NCBI GenBank assembly: GCA_017654855.1
Contig: CM030338.1
Location: 186,001 to 250,000 of the forward strand
DNA length: 64,000 nt
Direction of reading: 5' to 3'
From: Podospora anserina
Taxonomy: Eukaryota
Shown here: positions 61,886 through 64,000 of the stretch, piece after piece
How positions within the stretch are numbered: position 1 is the first letter of the stretch
Layout: every line of letters starts with the position of its first letter
The notes under the pieces: model-generated
Told to the model about the DNA's origin: nothing
Database searches by the model: none
Seen by the model: the letters and a program-made list of their open reading frames with translations, nothing else
Position numbers and translations under genes: made by a program

Positions 61886-62386
61886 CTGACAGGGTTTTTC
61901 CTGTGGTATTTCTTTTTTGCTTTTTTCGGTGTGATTCAAGCCACGGCATATGACAGGTGTCAAATGGGTTGCACAGCATTAGCGCTGCGGGATTAGGTCA
62001 TTTTTATGAGGTCATGTGTAATGTCTCAACATGGTGTCTTAGACCTTGGGTACCTAGTAAACAAGCGAGTCTTCAACGACTATTGTATCATATCACAAAT
62101 GCATTTATATTTTTGCATAATCCGGGGTACATCTGGCAAGGAGAAAATTACCGGCTGCACAGTGAGCTCTGGGTCCAGTGACAGTGACAGACCATCAAGG
62201 TCCTCCGTCCGCTCGCTCACCGCCTTCAGATCTTTGTTCCAGCTTTGGCCGCTCAACCCCGAGTCTACAGTAGAAGGCAGGCATCCAGTTGAACACTAGG
62301 TATCTAATGAACTCTTTCTATAGTGCCCTTACCCACCCGCCACATCTCAACTCATGGGAGCCATGATGAGCGATGGCCAACCGTAA

Positions 62387-63155
62387 TCAACAATTGTCAC
62401 CACGAACAACGACATTCCACTTGTCTGCTTAGAACGCTTGTCCCTTGATACGAAGGTCGTTATCCGTGACACATCCATGCTGGCGCAGATAGTATGCGCC
62501 ATTGCCAATCTACTTCCACTGGACCTCCTGCTCGTGATCATCCTATCTGTTTGTCAATACCCTGGGCGTCTGGGAGTTATGGTGAAACATAAGATGCGGA
62601 CAGCTTCCATCATTGCACCAGTAGATGGCTGCCCACCACGAGCAGCTGACGCGTCCACAGTTGCCAGGACCCGGTCCGTTCTTTGCGGTGCCTGACATAA
62701 CCCCACAGGTAGTGAATCCCATCCAAAATCTGGTTGTTGCTGGCCTTGGCAAAGGGGACATCGCACGTGAAGGACTCGGGGTCCCCGGCGGCGGCGGCTG
62801 ATGAAATGTGGGCTGATGTAGTCGGGATTAGGACTTGAAAGGTTGCGTTCCGCCCAGAATATCTCGCCTCCATTTGCGCAATCGCTTCCTCGATGGTGCC
62901 GGTGACAGTCGCAATAACGCCGGTAGGATCGTCAACTTTGACAGGAAGGTCCCAAGAGATGGGAGCCATTCCGTAGCCCCCAATACTGTTTGGCTGCTCG
63001 TTATTGGAGGCCGGAGCGCTGTAGACACCCTTTTTCATGTTAGCAAGTGTGTTCTAACGTAAGCTATCTACCTACGGTAGCCAAGGTGCTTGTAATATCA
63101 TTCTTACCTCGAAAAAGGCCATCATGGCAGCGAGGGAGGTGAAACTGAACCACAT
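62387..63155 (-). pseudogene. Small secreted Cys-containing protein (GPGPGNCGRVSCSW family), multiply disrupted
   Basis: Signal peptide; TVTGTIEEAIAQM; +1 frameshift near 62700; second donor reads GGAAGC at 62608; in-frame TAG 62512-62510 and TAA 62431-62429 before WNVVVRGDNC*. Confidence 0.85.
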
Positions 63156-63700
63156 GATGTTTGGTTTGCAAGTATGAAACGCAGGTTCTCGGAAATTGGT
63201 GATGTCTAATGTGAAATAAGAGTCTACCAAAGGGAGAGAGGGCAAATATACGCTGACCAAGAGAGACGTGGGCCGGCCGTAAGAGTTCCGGGAGCCAGCG
63301 TGACCAAAATGACTGTTGCTCTTATATTCACTTCAAGCGCTTAGAAAGGCAGAGTCTTGGATACCTTATGCTATCTAATGTTCTCAATAGATTGTCTGCT
63401 CTAACACATACCTATTAGATTAAAATGTTTCAGATGGCGGGACTGAAAAGTGATGCCCCTACCGCATGCAATCTGCATCCCAACACAAGCCTGTAGAACT
63501 ATAGTGGCTTGCCAGTTCATGAGGTCTCAACCATTGAACCCCTGAACCGGGTGATACGGACCGACATACATAGGTAAGCACACTCAATAGTTGACTTTTC
63601 AAACGAAATCAATTTCCAAGACCAAACTACTTATCAACTACCCAACTACAACGTGCCATCACAACACGACATTACATTCCGGAAATCTCACTCGGCACAT

Positions 63701-64000
63701 TCATCTGCCCACCATGTTCGCATCCCCCTTCTGACCCAGCAGCTGAAGTGCGGCAGTCCGCTTCTGAGCAAGCATTAGCAACCTGTCCGCCTTCACAACT
63801 CCATTGTTATCCCTTCCGCTCAGCATCAACGCAGTCTTGCACAAGTTCTTGATCTCTCTGCCGTTCATTTTCAGCTCGCACAGACGGTCCAGGTCGCTTT
63901 CGCCAACCACAAACTTCTCAGCTCCAAAGTGTTTGAAGAAGTTGAGCCAAACCTGCCGGCGCTGCGTGGAGTCGAGGTCGTAGTAAGGCAAGAACAAGTC
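63701..64000 (-). CDS. C-terminal end of an AAA+ ATPase (partial, continues beyond window)
   Basis: LFLPYYDLDSTQRRQVWLNF and MNGREIKN lid/sensor-2 motifs typical of fungal AAA proteins. Confidence 0.78.
   Translation of the reverse strand, partial: DLFLPYYDLDSTQRRQVWLNFFKHFGAEKFVVGESDLDRLCELKMNGREIKNLCKTALMLSGRDNNGVVKADRLLMLAQKRTAALQLLGQKGDANMVGR

Overview
Eukaryotic, intron-containing DNA from a filamentous ascomycete (GTRAGT/GTATGT donors, CTRAC branch sites, YAG acceptors, mostly ~50-70 nt introns; gene content suggests a Sordariomycete, possibly Podospora-like, which is inference). The ORF track is therefore fragmentary, and gene models were rebuilt by hand from splice signals. About 30 protein-coding loci and three intron-containing tRNA genes (Leu-AAG, Pro-TGG, Asp-GTC) are supported. 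Intact genes include a QDE-1-type RNA-dependent RNA polymerase, PUS1, MED22, a Zn2Cys6 transcription factor, a P450, an M14 carboxypeptidase, a carboxylesterase, a GMC oxidoreductase, an acyltransferase, OsmC and a 2OG-Fe(II) oxygenase. No transposon, CRISPR array or AT-rich RIP block was seen. The main directly visible pattern is a heavy load of broken accessory genes: six loci carry frameshifts and/or premature stops, several with multiple lesions, and a heavy-metal P1B ATPase has DKTGT changed to DRTGT plus an apparently mutated splice donor. The best candidates for undescribed biology, all hypotheses, are a membrane-associated HET(TIR-like)-domain gene head-to-head with a GMN-less CorA-like membrane protein, a stand-alone RNase H1 hybrid-binding-domain protein, and a small secreted protein that looks processed into two disulfide-linked chains. 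Family assignments are from recalled motifs; no database search was run.
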